The position numbers were made by a program, and so were the translations under genes. DNA of 63,718 bases, filler included, from Cercozoa sp. M6MM (lineage: Eukaryota; Protista; Endomyxa: Ascetosporea), in NCBI GenBank assembly GCA_040357565.1. It is 15 parts of 15 records of this genome, joined end to end, with 100 filler letters (N's around TTAATTAATTAA, not from the genome) between each part and the next. Parts side by side here need not be neighbours in the genome. Positions count along the whole stretch, not along the records: positions 1 to 1,879 come from JBDODJ010001895.1; positions 1,980 to 3,314 come from JBDODJ010002053.1; positions 3,415 to 10,323 come from JBDODJ010000681.1; positions 10,424 to 13,563 come from JBDODJ010001595.1; positions 13,664 to 15,879 come from JBDODJ010001817.1; positions 15,980 to 33,869 come from JBDODJ010000247.1; 9 more parts are not named here. One strand, written 5' to 3'. Of this stretch, positions 1 through 16,621 are shown piece after piece. The notes under the pieces were generated by a model. That model was not told the DNA's origin and did not search any database. It saw only the letters and a list, made by a program, of their open reading frames with translations. The first letter of the stretch is position 1, and each line of letters begins with the position of its first letter.

Positions 1-911
1 CCGTTATTCCTTTCCACAGGTGAACAATCGAGACGAGCGACTGGAGGCGTTGTTGGAGAAAGTGGCCTCCACGAGCGATGCAAGAACGTCGTTGTTGCGA
101 CAGCACTCGCAGCAAGTGTCACAGCTGAGATCTGGTAGAGTTCGCCCTCTGACCCTCCGCTACCCCCTTTTACCCCTTACCCTCCCTCCCCAGAACTGGC
201 CAACGCCACGGCCGAAGCAACGCAGTGGCGGCAGCAGGTGCTCCAGATGCGTGCCGAGCAGGCACGCCACCGACCGGTGGAGACGGCAGTGCAAACCGTC
301 CCACTGAGTGACATGATCGACTCGCGACACATGGCCATCCAGACCACGTGGCATCATGCCACTGATCGTAACACCGTCGCTGTGCAAACCGACACCGTGC
401 GGCCTCTGGTACTGAATTCATCTACCCCCTTCCTCTCTTACCCCCCCCCCCCCAGTCGAGTGTGCGAAACACGCTGCGGGAGGTGCGAGCACAGCGTCCA
501 GTATCGCAACCGGTAGTTGCTTCCTTCGGCACAGTGGGCACGCCGGTCGATGTCATGTCGGACATGTCACAGAGCAACAGTCACACCAGTCACACCAGTC
601 ACAGTTACGGCGTACCTCGGCAGTACTACACACGACCGGTGGCACCGCGTGTGTCGCACCTCGGTCATTCGACACACTTGGGTCAGTTGGACGCCCCAAC
701 AATCACCGCATTCTCAGCGACCACCGAACGCGACGACGCGGAACACGCCATTCGGAGTGCCGCTCAGGAGATTGTAAGTCTTCCCTTCCCTAGCGCGTAC
801 ACATCCACACTGTTGGAACACTGACGCACTCTTGTGCAGGCAAGGATACGCTCGCAGCTCAGCACGTGTGCCCTGGAACTGCAAGCTGAACAAGTGGACA
901 CAGACACGTGA
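1..911 (+). CDS. Hypothetical protein, 3' part of a spliced gene
   Basis: Exons separated by GT-AG introns with C-rich interiors (e.g. ~135-193, ~409-456, ~774-839); ends ...QVDTDT-TGA at 909-911. No family recognised. Confidence 0.5.
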
Positions 912-1301
912 GCCGTTGAAAACTAAACGAGCTCTTCAGCACGGCTTACGATGTGTTGAAACTCACCAGCGTGGGCAAAGTCAATGCCTTCGGTTGCCTG
1001 CATAGCTGTATTAGTTCCCGCCCAGGGACTCGGAAGGTAAAGTCTTGCGTTGGGACTCACTGCGAGTCAGCGACACTGGGCAAAGTCTAAGGAGATTAGA
1101 AACTGTTCGCTCCCCGGAGTGGAGACTTTGAATTTCCGTTTTAATGATGATGTAAAGAGAGAAGCTATTTTATGTGGCGCTGCTAGTCGAATAAATGGCA
1201 AAAATTCGATTGCCGGCCGTGCGCGCTCCATGATGGTGCAGTAGTATTTCTTGTATGGTGCAGTTGCGGCGCTTCATTATGCGCCAGAGTGTGAAGAAGA
1301 C

Positions 1302-1690
1302 TTAGCCCTGGACGGTAACGTCGGACCAGTACTGGCAGCTCTTGACCCAGTTGTCGCCCTTGGTCTCCAAGCCTGGCTGGTTCGGCACCTGCAGACACCC
1401 GAAATCATGCATGCTGGGCTCATGCTAAAAGCGAACTGACCGGAAGCAACGGGACCGCCGTGGACACCCAGGCGACCCTGCGTCGGGAACACACAAGTCG
1501 TTAGTACAACGCAAGAGCGCATCGGAAAGAGAGAAGTGGTACACATGGGGAGCATTAGTCGAGGTCGTCATCGTGAATTTGGTTTTGCCAGTATCCTTGT
1601 CCTCCTCCTTCGACGATTTGCTCTTCGACGAGCTGCTGGAGTAGATGAAGCCGTAACCTGTTTCCAGAAGAGGCGGCGTCAATCATCACA

Positions 1691-1752
<62 letters not shown>

Positions 1753-1835
1753 GCGCGCGCGCAAAAGTACCGGCAGAGGACGCCTCCTTCATCTCGGACT
1801 CCTTGGACGAGAAGTCCGAGGTTTCAGCATCCACC
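1302..1835 (-). CDS. Hypothetical Ser/Lys-rich protein, 3' part of a spliced gene
   Basis: Hand splicing gives VDAETSDFSSKESEMKEASSA/GYGFIYSSSSSKSKSSKEEDKDTGKTKFTMTTSTNAPHV/VAWVSTAVPLLP/VPNQPG...DVTVQG-TAA. One intron has a perfect TACTAAC branch site (~1499-1507). Confidence 0.55.
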
Positions 1836-1879
1836 TAGTAACCATCGGATACACGCACGCGATGGGACGTACACTAACG

Positions 1880-1979
1880 NNNNNNNNNNNNNNNNNNNNN
1901 NNNNNNNNNNNNNNNNNNNNNNNTTAATTAATTAANNNNNNNNNNNNNNNNNNNNNNNNNNNNNNNNNNNNNNNNNNNN
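1880..1979. other. Artificial contig spacer N-TTAATTAATTAA-N (first of 14)
   Basis: Identical six-frame-stop linker inside N runs at ~1924, 3359, 10368, 13608, 15924, 33914, 38846, 40917, 44407, 47654, 49411, 54186, 59074, 62517. Confidence 0.97.
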
Positions 1980-2045
1980 CAACTACACACAACCACACCC
2001 CAAAACAGCACATACAGCACACACACGCACTCGCAACACACGTAC

Positions 2046-2123
<78 letters not shown>

Positions 2124-3432
2124 CAGCATCCATACAGCTTGTGTTTGCTACAGATGGCTGCCCAGTTCCTGTTGCATGCAGTACTGCACGGTACCGTCGC
2201 TCGTGTTTTCTGAAATATAGAGTCAATTCGCTATACCGTGCCCTAAACGTAGTTCGTGCCGACCCTCACTGCGTGGTCCAGTTTACGCTGTGCGATGAAC
2301 ACGTATCCTCTAATACCATGATTAGAGCTTCGGTTATAGAATGAGAACTGTTTCCACCAGGGAAACGGAATCCACCAGAGGCACTGTTCGGTGCCGTCGT
2401 GTGAATTCCGTAACTTGAGTTTCTAAGTTGGAAAACAAGGTACAGTGCTTGCTTGTCCTAAAAAGATCGCAGTTCTTTTGGTCTCCGTTTTTCCGGCATT
2501 GGTCAAACATGTAAGTTGTATCGTACAGTAAGTTATATAACTGGCAGTCTCTCTGCTGCTGAAACACGAGTGCCAACACTGTCTGTGCCTAACAGGCGAA
2601 GCAACACCCGAAGCTGTGACCGACGAGCTCGCAGCGCTTTGCGATCGTCACGGATTCACTGTAAACACAAATATAAAGTACAGTTTAGGTCACTGCCCTC
2701 TTGTTTTGCCTCTCAGTTGCAAGTTCTCCGCCGTCGGAACACTCAGGTGTTTGCCTCCTTCTCTCGCGAACTGCGCTGTTACTGACTGTTCAAACATGTT
2801 CCTCATGGGTTTGAGCAGGTGCATGCGGTACGACTACTGCCGCGTGTTTCGTCGCCCAACCACTAACTACACTTTACTTGTGTCGGTGGAAACCCACCCA
2901 ACTGCGAGCCCAGAGTCATTTCTGATGGAGAGCGACTCCGTTAGTCGACTCCGAGATGGCTGCCTAATAGTTCAGTCGCAGTCACAGTATGAAGAGCGGT
3001 AATCCTACGCGTCTGTATCCGATCGATCGAGGTTGGTCGGGACGGTACAAATAGTCCCGTCTACTGTACGTATACCGTATGTGCGTATACAGCGCAGAGT
3101 ATCGTGATCTTACGTTATTGACGTGAACTGGAGGGGCGTTCGGTTCCCGTCTGTTTCGTTTGGTAATTACGGATCCAACTGAAGTCACCATAACAAAACA
3201 TTGACGGGAGGCACGGACCGAGGGAACTGAATTCACGTTAGTCAGTTCGCTAGCGTCGGGTGACTCAAGTTGGACACATCAGTTCAGCGTATGAGTTCGA
3301 GGTGCGGCGACAGTNNNNNNNNNNNNNNNNNNNNNNNNNNNNNNNNNNNNNNNNNNNNTTAATTAATTAANNNNNNNNNNNNNNNNNNNNNNNNNNNNNN
3401 NNNNNNNNNNNNNNCCCCCCCCCCCCCGACAG

Positions 3433-4200
3433 GCGTGGCGGCCATCCACCTGGATCAGGAGGAGCGCGACGACGACGACGTCGTGGTGGCGCACCTGCGC
3501 GCACTGGCGGCCTTGCTGGGCGCCACACGCTCGGTAGGATCACCTCTCGCTCTGTGTGGTCACTTGAGTCTGTGTGGTCACCTGGCTGGTCACATGTGTG
3601 GTCACTTGAGTGGTCACCTGGGTCTCTGTGTGTGTTGTCATAGGCCTGGCAGTCGGCACCGCGAGACGCGTGGAACCGCGTGTTTTCGCTCGCCTTCGAC
3701 GCGCTGTCCCGTCCTGCTGGTATGTCCCATGGGACATCTTATCCCTGGGGGGGGGGGTATGGGATGGGGGCAAAGGGGGTATGGGATGCAGGCGCAGAGA
3801 CGGGCGCGTGGCGTCGCAGCGCGGCGGCCTGGCGAGTGCTGCGGCAGCTGGCGGCTCTGGCACCCGACGACGAGTGGCACAACGCGCGTGTCACCTCGCT
3901 CTTTGGTGCACTCAAGGCACTATGCGGCAGGCGGCACAGCGACGCGCCCTTAATGGTACCAGTACTGTATCTGCACTGTACCAACACTGGTCTATCCATT
4001 GGTCAAAACTGTACCAGTATATATATATATATATATATACATATTTATGTGTGTGTGTATGCACAGTGTCTGCGAGACTCGACTCTGCCGCTGCAGCAGG
4101 CCTACGTGGCGGCGCGTGTGGCAGCACTGCAGGCGATGCGCGCCTTTGTGCTGCGCTTCGTCTTCCGAGGTACGCACGTCCGCGCGGACGCCTCCTGTCT

Positions 4201-4277
<77 letters not shown>

Positions 4278-5607
4278 CCTGTAGCCGCCGAGGACAGGTG
4301 TCGCCAGTTGGCGCAGGCGGCGGCGCAGCTGGTGCGCCACAACGCGCAGTTTCTGCTCTTTGTGCAGCAGCAGCAACAGCAACACGAGCGCAAACAACAA
4401 CGAGAAAGCAAAAAACAACAACCGATGCGCCGACAGGAGCGGCTCCGCGGCAGTCTCGCCGAACTGGACGCGCTGCGTCGCGCCGTGCTGCAGGTGGCGC
4501 TGCCTTTCTTCCGCGCGGACGGTTTCTTTCGCGCGGACGGCACGGCGGACGTCCGCGCGGCGCGGCAGCTGCTGCAGCCGCAGGCGCTGGCGCTGCTCAA
4601 CGTGAGCACGACGGTACTGGTGCGGCCGCGTGCCTGCACTGACACTGACACTGATACTGACGGTGACACTGACACTGAGACTGACATTGACGGTGACACT
4701 GATACTGACGGTGACACCGACACTGATACTGACGGTGACACCGACACTGATACTGACGGTATGCAACGTTGTCTCAGCACGTCTCTGATGATGTCGCACG
4801 GTGACACTGATACCGACGGTGGCACTGATGGTGACGCTGACGGTGTGCAACGGTGCCACCGTCGCAGCCACCGTCGCAGCGTGGAGCACGAGGCGCTCGT
4901 GCTGCTGCTCAATCGAGGACATGGGTATTACCCCCTCCCCCACCACCCTTACCCTGTTACCCCTGTGTGTGCAGTGTGACCGAAAAGCACTGGACGCGCG
5001 TGCTGCGACACTGCGCGCGTCTGCTGCTGCACAGTGTCAGCAGTACCAGCACCGGCACTGGTACTGGTACCTCTGGTACGGGTACTCGTACTGTTGGCAC
5101 TCCCACCGGGAGCACCGTTGCTCTGGCACGTGCCGTCGCCGATGCACTGCTTGTAACCCAGTTTATCACCCCCTATCCCTTACACTCCTACCTCTTATCC
5201 CCCTCTTAATAGGCAAGTGATAGTGTACACGACACCACAGTGCTGCGTGAAGGTATACCCCCCATATTCCGGGGATGCCCCTACCCCCATACCCCCTACC
5301 CCCCTGCAAGCAGCGTGCGAGCGAGCCACGCAGCACTGCGAGAGCGAGGAGACGGCGCAGGCACTGGCCGTGCTGGACCTGGCCGTCGGTGGCGACGACC
5401 TCGACGACCTCATGCGCAGGTACTGAGAAACGGGAGGAGGAAGGGGGTAAACAGGGGGGTAAAGAGAGGCCATAAGAGCAGACGCGTGTCGACCGGCGCT
5501 TCGAGCGGCACGGTGCGCTGGGCGAGTGCGCTGTGTCGCCAACTGATGGAGCACTCACTGAGTGAGCACGTGACTGATCTGGCACGTGCTGTCTCTTGGT
5601 ACCACTG

Positions 5608-5673
<66 letters not shown>

Positions 5674-7443
5674 ACTGGGTCTGACGGTGTCACGGTGAGA
5701 CAGGCTGCAGCACAGCTTGGCCACAGCACAGAGCAGCGTGCAACGCTCGGCACTGCTGCACGCGAGTCGCACCGTGTCACGTGTGCCACGTGCCTCACTC
5801 ACTGCCACTGGTGCGTTTCTTCACTGACTCACTGGGTGACCACGTGTCTGTGCACGTGTGTGCACGTGTATATGTGTGTGTGTACACGTGTGTGTGTGAC
5901 CACGTGCAGACGACGCCGTGGCACTGCGCTGTCTGGTGCAGCTGCCGACGCGCGAGGCGTGTGCCCTGCTGCCCTGCACGTCCGCGCGGATCACCCAGAT
6001 GATCGCCACGGTCCGCGCGGAGACTGTTGTTCCTGTCAGCGGTCAGGCCGTTCGCGCGGATGACGGCGACCGACTGTCGTGGCAGCAGCTGCTGCAGCGT
6101 GCGGACAAGGACGTCGGTGCCGCGCCGCGACTGCGTGTACTGCTGCGCCGCCTGGCACGCGCCTTGCTGCTGGAGCGGTGTGGCTTTACCCCCTCCCCTT
6201 TACTTACCCCTAGCCTCCCCTTTACCCCCCCCCCCCCGCCGTGCAGTGAGCGGTGGGGCGACGTGAGCGAGCGGCGGCGACGGCGGCGCATGCAGCGCAG
6301 CGTGGTGGGCGACGGCGACGCGTTGCGCCGACTGGTGCGACTCGTCGTTTCGGCCGCGCAGTCGCCGTGTCCAACGGTTGGTCTTGCTCTTACGCCCCCT
6401 TACTTGCCCCTTTTTCCCCCCCCCCCCCCTGCGGCAGGTGCTGGACGCGGCGCTGCGCGTGCTGCAGTCGGCGCTGCTGCTGTTCGCGCCGCTGCAGGAC
6501 GCGTCGTTCGCGCAGGCAGGCCGACGAGGCAAGAGAGACAGGTCAAACGATGCAGAGTGCGTCCGCGCGGAGGCAGCAGGCGACAGGAGTGACACTGACT
6601 GGTCGGTGCGCACACTGTCGCTCAGTGTGGCACCAGTGTCGGCCTCGCCGTCATCGGCACCGAGTGCGTCGCACGTGCCGGCACTCGAGCAGTTCGCGGC
6701 GCAGCTGACCTCGGTGGTGCGCGATGCTCTCGCCGTCGCCGCCTCCGCCGCCACTCCGCGCGCACTCCACCGCCGACAGCTACTCCGGTAGGGAGTTAAC
6801 GAGTGGTTAACAGGGTGGGGGGTTAACAGGGGGGTAAAACGTAGTGCACAAGCCGAAGACGATGACGAGGACTTTGACGAGGCAGCGCCGTCGACAGGAG
6901 AACCGTGCGACATGCGACTGCGTCGACGTGCACTGACGGCACTCGTCGCCTTGGTATCCACACCGTGCTTTTCTGTACGAGCTACTGTCCGCGCGGATGC
7001 CTCTTGCACCCTTTGGCTCTTGTGTGACAGGTGCATGCATTGCCTGTGAGTGCGCGTGATCTGCGACTCGCTCTTGTCGACACTGTTGTCGACTATGCCC
7101 GCGATCGGCAGGGTAGGCCCCCTACACCCCTGCCCTGTCCTTACCCCCCCGCCTGGGAACACAGGCGTGTCGCTGGCGCCGCCGGTGGAGCAGGCGCAAG
7201 TGCTGTCGTTCGGCGCGCACGTCGAGTTGGCGGACGCCGTAAGTCGCGTTGTGTGTGCGCTGCAGTGCCTCGCTTTGAGTGGTCGCAAGGGTCTGCGGGT
7301 GCACTGCCGTCTGCCTGCCTTGTACCGGTAGGTTCTGGTCCATGTGTATTGCGGTCTGTTTGTACCTGTGTACCTATGTTTGTACCTGTACATTTTCTAT
7401 ATTTATTTATATTCTTATATGCATTTATATCTTTAGATTTTAC

Positions 7444-7484
<41 letters not shown>

Positions 7485-9407
7485 TATATATATATCTATT
7501 TATATTTGTATTTATATATAGACACCTGGAGGATGTGTCGTGGCAGCATTCGATGCAGAGCAGTGACAGTGACAGTAGCGATGTCAACAGCACCAGCATC
7601 GCCGATCTGACGGCACTGGCACGCGGCGCACGCGACCTCATCGACGACACTGTCGCCTGCTGCCTCGGCTGCACGCCGGTGCTTTGCCGCTACCCCTACC
7701 CCCTTTACCTCTACCCCCAGCCCCCAGCCCCTACCCCTACCCCTACCCTACCCCTACCCCTACCCTATCCTTACCCCTCCCTACTCCCTGGTTCAGGTGC
7801 TGAAGAGTGCCGTGCTGAGCATGCGCGCCGAGTGTCTGGCCGAGCGACGGTCGCGCCGCGTGCTGCGCCTGCTGCTGCCGTCGCTCTGGGCGGCGCAGTT
7901 GTCGCTGCTGCGCACACTGGCCTGGCGCGTGGCCAGTGACAGTGGCCCCAGTGACCACGCGGCCAGTGACGTGGTCACTGAACTGAGTGTGCACGTGCTG
8001 CAGTCACTGGCACTGTGCAGCGTGCTGAGTGACGGTGACGGCGTCTGGCACTCCGAGGTGACGCAGGAGATGTGGCACTTCCTGCTGCTGCGGTACCCCG
8101 ACGTGGCCGAGTCCGCGTGGACGCACGCCGATGCCAACGTCATGTCACTCGCCTTGGCTCGACTTATCGACCTGGCGTGGCTCGATCTCGACCGAGGTTA
8201 CACTGGTACCTCCACTCCTGTGTACCTTGTGTGTGAGGGTGTATGTGTGTGTGTGTGTGTGTGTTCATGTATATGTGTGTATGTGTGTGTGTGTGTGTGT
8301 GTGTGTAGACAAGGCGGTGTGTACGGCGGTGCGTGCACTGAGTCAGTGCGACCCGTCGGTGCTGACACATGGCGACTCCGACTCGCTGTGGTCTCGTGTG
8401 ACTGCCTTCCTTATCGAGGTCGTGCACAGGCTGCCTGGTACACCCCCTTTGCCTGTACTAATGTCCTCTCCCTCCCTATCTGTATGTGTGTGTGCATGTG
8501 TTGGTAGAACACCAGGAGTTGGTGACGCACGCAGCCCGTGCAGTCCTGTCTGCTGACGGTGTCATCGATGAGGCAGCGTCGGTGTGGCGCTGCTTGTTGC
8601 CGGTGGCACTGCGAGCAACGACAGAGGAGTCGCCCGGCACGCCTCTGTTCGCACATGCGCTGCGACGACACCTGATGACGCAACCTTCCGCTACTGCTGT
8701 CGTGCTGGACTCAATCAGACGAGTGGTCAGCTTGGACACTGTATCGGCGGTATGCATCTTTATATTTATATTTATATATCTATATATATATATATATATA
8801 TATATATCTATATTTATATTTCTATATATATATATTTATATTTATACTTATATTTTATTTATATTGATATTTGTAGTTATATTTATATTTATACTTATAT
8901 TTATGTTTATTTGTCCAGGTGGCAGCAGTGCTGCTGCTGCGACAGCACGACGAGAGCAGCGTGCAGCTGCTGCTGCAGCAGGCCAATGCACGTGCCTGTG
9001 CTGTGGCTGCAGTCGTCCTGCGCGACGACAGTCCGCGGGTCTCCGAACTCGCCTGGCGTGCCGCTCAACGCAGTGCTGACCCAGTGCTGCAGCGTGCACT
9101 CGCTGCCTTCCAACAACAAGACTTCAGCGATGAACAGGCGTCGTTGTGCCACCTCGCCAGCTGTCTCTTCCGACCCTACGGTCCTCGTCTGACCGAGCTG
9201 CGTCAGAGTGCTCCCGTGGTGTCCACTGCCGCCGTCGGTGGCACGTCCTCTGCCTCGACACAAGCTGTCGCTGCTGCCGACAGCGACGAAGCCTCACTTG
9301 TAGAACAGCGCCGACACAAGCGGCCCAAGAGGAAGAAGAAGAAAAAGAAGCCCAAGCTGCCGACCGAGAGCGCCATTGATTTCTCTGCCTTTGGTGCCGG
9401 AGACTGA
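3433..9407 (+). CDS. Large Leu/Ala/Arg-rich predicted helical (HEAT/ARM-like) protein, 5'-truncated, many introns
   Basis: GC-rich exons alternate with repeat-filled GT-AG introns on one strand; ends with basic [13 protein letters not shown] (NLS-like) ...FGAGD-TGA. Family not recognised; could be more than one gene. Confidence 0.55.
4638..4845 (+). repeat. Degenerate GACACT/GACGGT/GATACT hexamer array, probably intronic (or a DT repeat if coding)
   Basis: Visible hexamer tandem array between a GTAC donor (~4614) and a CAG acceptor (~4867). Confidence 0.7.
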
Positions 9408-9774
9408 CCGGATGGCGGAAAACTCGACTGGTCATAACTTGACGGTCGATGCGACCCTATGGCGCGATCCTATGTCGGTTCTGTTCCTCTGTTTCCATTA
9501 ATTTCGTTTAACTCCGTCCCGTCCGTCCGCTTCTTCGCTCGGCTTTCGTTTACGTTACGTTACTTGGACAAATTCAGTTCAGTTACTGTCGACATCAATT
9601 AATCTACTCGGCTGACTACTTGCTCCGCGCGAAGCACATCTTAGTCGTGCTAAACACGGTATCTTTTAAGGTTGAGAGCTGGTAACTTAACAATTGAGTG
9701 TTGCCCAGCTCGGCATACCCTGTGTTTGGTAGTGGCGAGAACTCTTCAAGTTGAACTCTTCAAGTTGAACGACA

Positions 9775-10080
9775 TGTCTAAGTTTCCTGAATTGCAAAAG
9801 ATCATTACCTATGCTGAGCAAATTCGTCAAGGGAACGAAGAGTTTGTAGCGCAAAGCGACCAAATTGTAGCAACAATTTAAGAAGTATCAAGTTGATGTC
9901 TCCAAAAACTTGACGAAATTTCAGAAGAAAGTTATTGGCGAACTTCGCCGCCAAAGAGAGGACCTAGATCAAGTTCGAAAGGTGACGACTGAAGCCCACG
10001 AAACTGTCACGCAAACGAACAGCCAAGCCAATTGAACGTCTACTCAAGGGAGGTTCAAAGCCGCATGTTAAATCTTGAAA
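9775..10080 (+). pseudogene. Decayed intronless coiled-coil ORF, possibly a retroelement ORF1/gag remnant
   Basis: MSKFPELQKIITYAEQIRQGNEEFVAQSDQIV, then after a frameshift QQFKKYQVDVSKNLTKFQKKVIGELRRQREDLDQVRKVTTEAHETV. AT-richer codon usage than host exons. Confidence 0.35.
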
Positions 10081-10463
10081 GTCGTTCGCCTCACCAATTG
10101 CGCCTTCGAGAGATTCCTATGAGACATGGCTCGTCGAATGGCTGATGGTCAAATGGCAACTGCGCAGCGCGTCTGAGAGCGAATCGGCCGTGCCGCCCGC
10201 ATCATGACACGCACGGAAATTCTATACTGTTGGTCCAAAAGAGTGAGCATCACCATTGAAAATGCGTGACGTCAGGACGTTTAAGTTAGTAGGTTAATCT
10301 AGTATAAATCTGTTGTGTCAATTNNNNNNNNNNNNNNNNNNNNNNNNNNNNNNNNNNNNNNNNNNNNTTAATTAATTAANNNNNNNNNNNNNNNNNNNNN
10401 NNNNNNNNNNNNNNNNNNNNNNNTTTTTCTGTCTGTTTGTGTCCGCCCTGTATGTTTGTTGAG

Positions 10464-13563
<3,100 letters not shown>

Positions 13564-13723
13564 NNNNNNNNNNNNNNNNNNNNNNNNNNNNNNNNNNNNN
13601 NNNNNNNTTAATTAATTAANNNNNNNNNNNNNNNNNNNNNNNNNNNNNNNNNNNNNNNNNNNNGGGGGGTAGGAGGTAGTAGGTAGTGGGTAGTAGGTAG
13701 TATACTCCTCTGTGTTTGTACAG

Positions 13724-15824
13724 GGCACAGTGGGTGCCGCCTGTGCCGTCGTCCAGTGGTTTCCGACCGCCCGCTGAGGTTCTGCTTTCTTCCTACCCCC
13801 CCCTCCCGATAACCCTGCTTCACTCCCGATGCTGCAGTCGCCTGCCTCTAGCAGTGGCACGACGCCGTTCCACACGCGATCGCAAGCTGGTACAACGTCT
13901 TGCTTGTGTAGGGATGTGTTTGTACGCTGTATGTACAAGGCCAAGGTTTAAGTATATGGTATATGTATTTGGTGTATATGTAAGGTGTATATGTAAGGTG
14001 TATGCGTATGTGTACAGGCGCTCCGCTGGCACACCCGACGCCTCAGCGCTTTGCACGACCGTCCGCTGTGCCGCAGCAAGTGTCGGTACATCATTTAGCC
14101 CTTGTTACACCTTCGTTGCCATGTTGCCTCCGTGCTGCCCATGTTACCTCGCCTGCTTTGTGCAGCAAACATCGCGTCCGCGGTCGCGTCGGCAGCACGC
14201 GAAAGGCAGCCGCAAGAAGCAGTTCTACACGGCCGACAGCGTACATTTCCTGGCTGTCTATTTGAGGGGTGTGTGTGTCTATGGTATGTGTATATGATGT
14301 TTGTATATATGGTCTGTGTCTATGGTATGTGTCCATGGTATGTGTCTATGGTGTGTATATATGGTGTGTATATATGGTATGTGTATACAGTATGTGTCTA
14401 TGGTATGTAGAGCAAGGTGCCTGACACTGTCGACATGAACAAGCTCACCTGGACGGCTGCCAACGGTTTGTCTGTCCGTGATGTCTATTGTTGTGTCCAT
14501 TTTTGTCGATCTTATTCGAGTTATGTGTGTGTGTGTCTACAGGCACGGTGCAGTCGATCAAGGGCAGTGTGGCGGCACTGGCGTGCTCGCAGATCGGCAG
14601 TCGCACGCTGCAGCAGCACTCACGTCGCAGTCGGCACGTGCTGCTGATGGTTTCGATCTCCTTTCAGTCCCTTTTACCCCCCCCCCCCCCTTTACCCCCC
14701 TGTTTTTAACGGTAGGTGCTACGCGAGGTGGCGCCGTGTCTGCAGCGCCTGTCGACGGACATCTTTGCGAACTACCTTGTCCAGGTACGCGCACAGTGTG
14801 GGTAGGTACTCGTACTGACCGACGGTTGTGTAGGATGTGATTTCTCTGGTGATGCGAGTGCCCGGTGGCGGTGTCAACTTACTGCTGCAGGTAGCTGCTA
14901 CCTGTTCGTGTTGTTGCCTATGGGTAGGTACCCCTACTCCCTGTCATACCTGTCTTGCTTGGAGTGTAGTTGGCCATGCGACTGTCGCCCGAGGCGGCTC
15001 TGCAGGTGTGCTGCCATATGCATGGCACTCGCGTGGTGCAGAAACTCATCCAATGTCTGCCGCCGCATCTGCTCAAATCGACGCTCGGGTTTGTCGCTGC
15101 TTTCCTCCCCTTTCCCCTTACCCCTTTCTCAGCCCTTTTCCTCTACCTCTTACCCCATCTTACTCCATCTTACCCCGTCTTACCCCATCTTACCCCGTCT
15201 TACCCCATCTTACCCCGTCTTACCCCTCCCCCCCCCCGATGTAGTGAAGAGGAAGAACGCGGCGTGTGTGATGGCTGGGAGGTCTCGTTTGCGCCCGGAT
15301 CGATCGAACTCACCAACGGCAAGGAGGACCGCAATTTGTTTGGGTAGCGTTCCCCTCCCCCCTCCCTTATTACCCCGTCTGTTACGCCTTTACCCCCCCC
15401 CCCCTGCCTTGGTAGGCTGGAGCACCTGCCGGAGCGCGGACTGCGCGTGCTGACGACGACGACGCTGCGGCGCTTGTGCTACAACGTGCACGGCAGCTAC
15501 GTGGTCAAGGCTCTGATGACGTATGTGCCGCTGCCGTGGCTGTCGCCGCTGTTCGACGTGGTGCTGTCGCACGTGTGCTCCATGGCGAGCGATCAGCAGG
15601 GCCTCACGGTGGTCAAAGCGCTCATCGCCATGGCCAGTGCCGTCGCATACCCGCACCACCGCTGCTCCATCGCCTTCCGCGTACTACCCTTGCTTTACCC
15701 ACCTATATATACCCATAGGCCCTCTACCCCCCCCCCTCACAGCGAGAGAAGAAACAATTGCTGACCAGTCGTGCCACAAAACTGCTGTCGGACTTTTACG
15801 AGCGCAATGGCATCGCGTTTAACT
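13724..15824 (+). CDS. Pumilio/Puf-family RNA-binding protein (partial)
   Basis: Puf repeats LACSQIGSRTLQ, LSTDIFANYLVQ, VCCHMHGTRVVQKLI, LCYNVHGSYVVKAL, MASDQQGLTVVKAL. Confidence 0.85.
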
Positions 15825-15825
15825 G

Positions 15826-15879
<54 letters not shown>

Positions 15880-15992
15880 NNNNNNNNNNNNNNNNNNNNN
15901 NNNNNNNNNNNNNNNNNNNNNNNTTAATTAATTAANNNNNNNNNNNNNNNNNNNNNNNNNNNNNNNNNNNNNNNNNNNNCCCCCCCCCCCAG

Positions 15993-16574
15993 TGCTGCGT
16001 GCGTCGCGATCGGTGATTTACGACGACGTGCGCGTTTTTTCGGGCGGTTCGTCGAGCAGCTCCTCGCTGCATCTGGTGCGTGTTTACCCCCCTGTTTACC
16101 CCCCTGTTTACCCCCCTGTTCACCCCCCTGTTTACCCCCCAGGGCACGGACCGACTGACGGCGGCGGGCAGCATCGGCAACGAGCGATCGGCGTCGCTGG
16201 ACTTTCCTCTGGTAGGCCTGGGGTAGGGGTAAAGGGGGAGTAGGGGTATGGGTAAAGGGGGAGTAGGGGTAAAGGGCGTCTGTGTTGGTGTGCAGTACAA
16301 CAAAGGCGCAGCTCCCGCTCGTTTCGAGGCAGCTGTGAGACTGCTGAATGCCGACATTGCGCAACTGTATACCTATATCCATATATCTAAATGTATCTGT
16401 TCTATATAGGTATGTGTATATATATATATATTTATATCACGTGTCTCTGTATCTATGTATCTATGTATATATATGTATCAAACTGTAATGTATACAAGTA
16501 TATATATATATATATATCTGTATAATCTGTATATCAATATATCTCTTTCAATGTATCCAGATCTATGTTTAGAT

Positions 16575-16621
<47 letters not shown>

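Noticed and set aside
1980-3314. Short ORFs on the second contig
   Set aside because: No recognisable motif or consistent exon chain; left unannotated.
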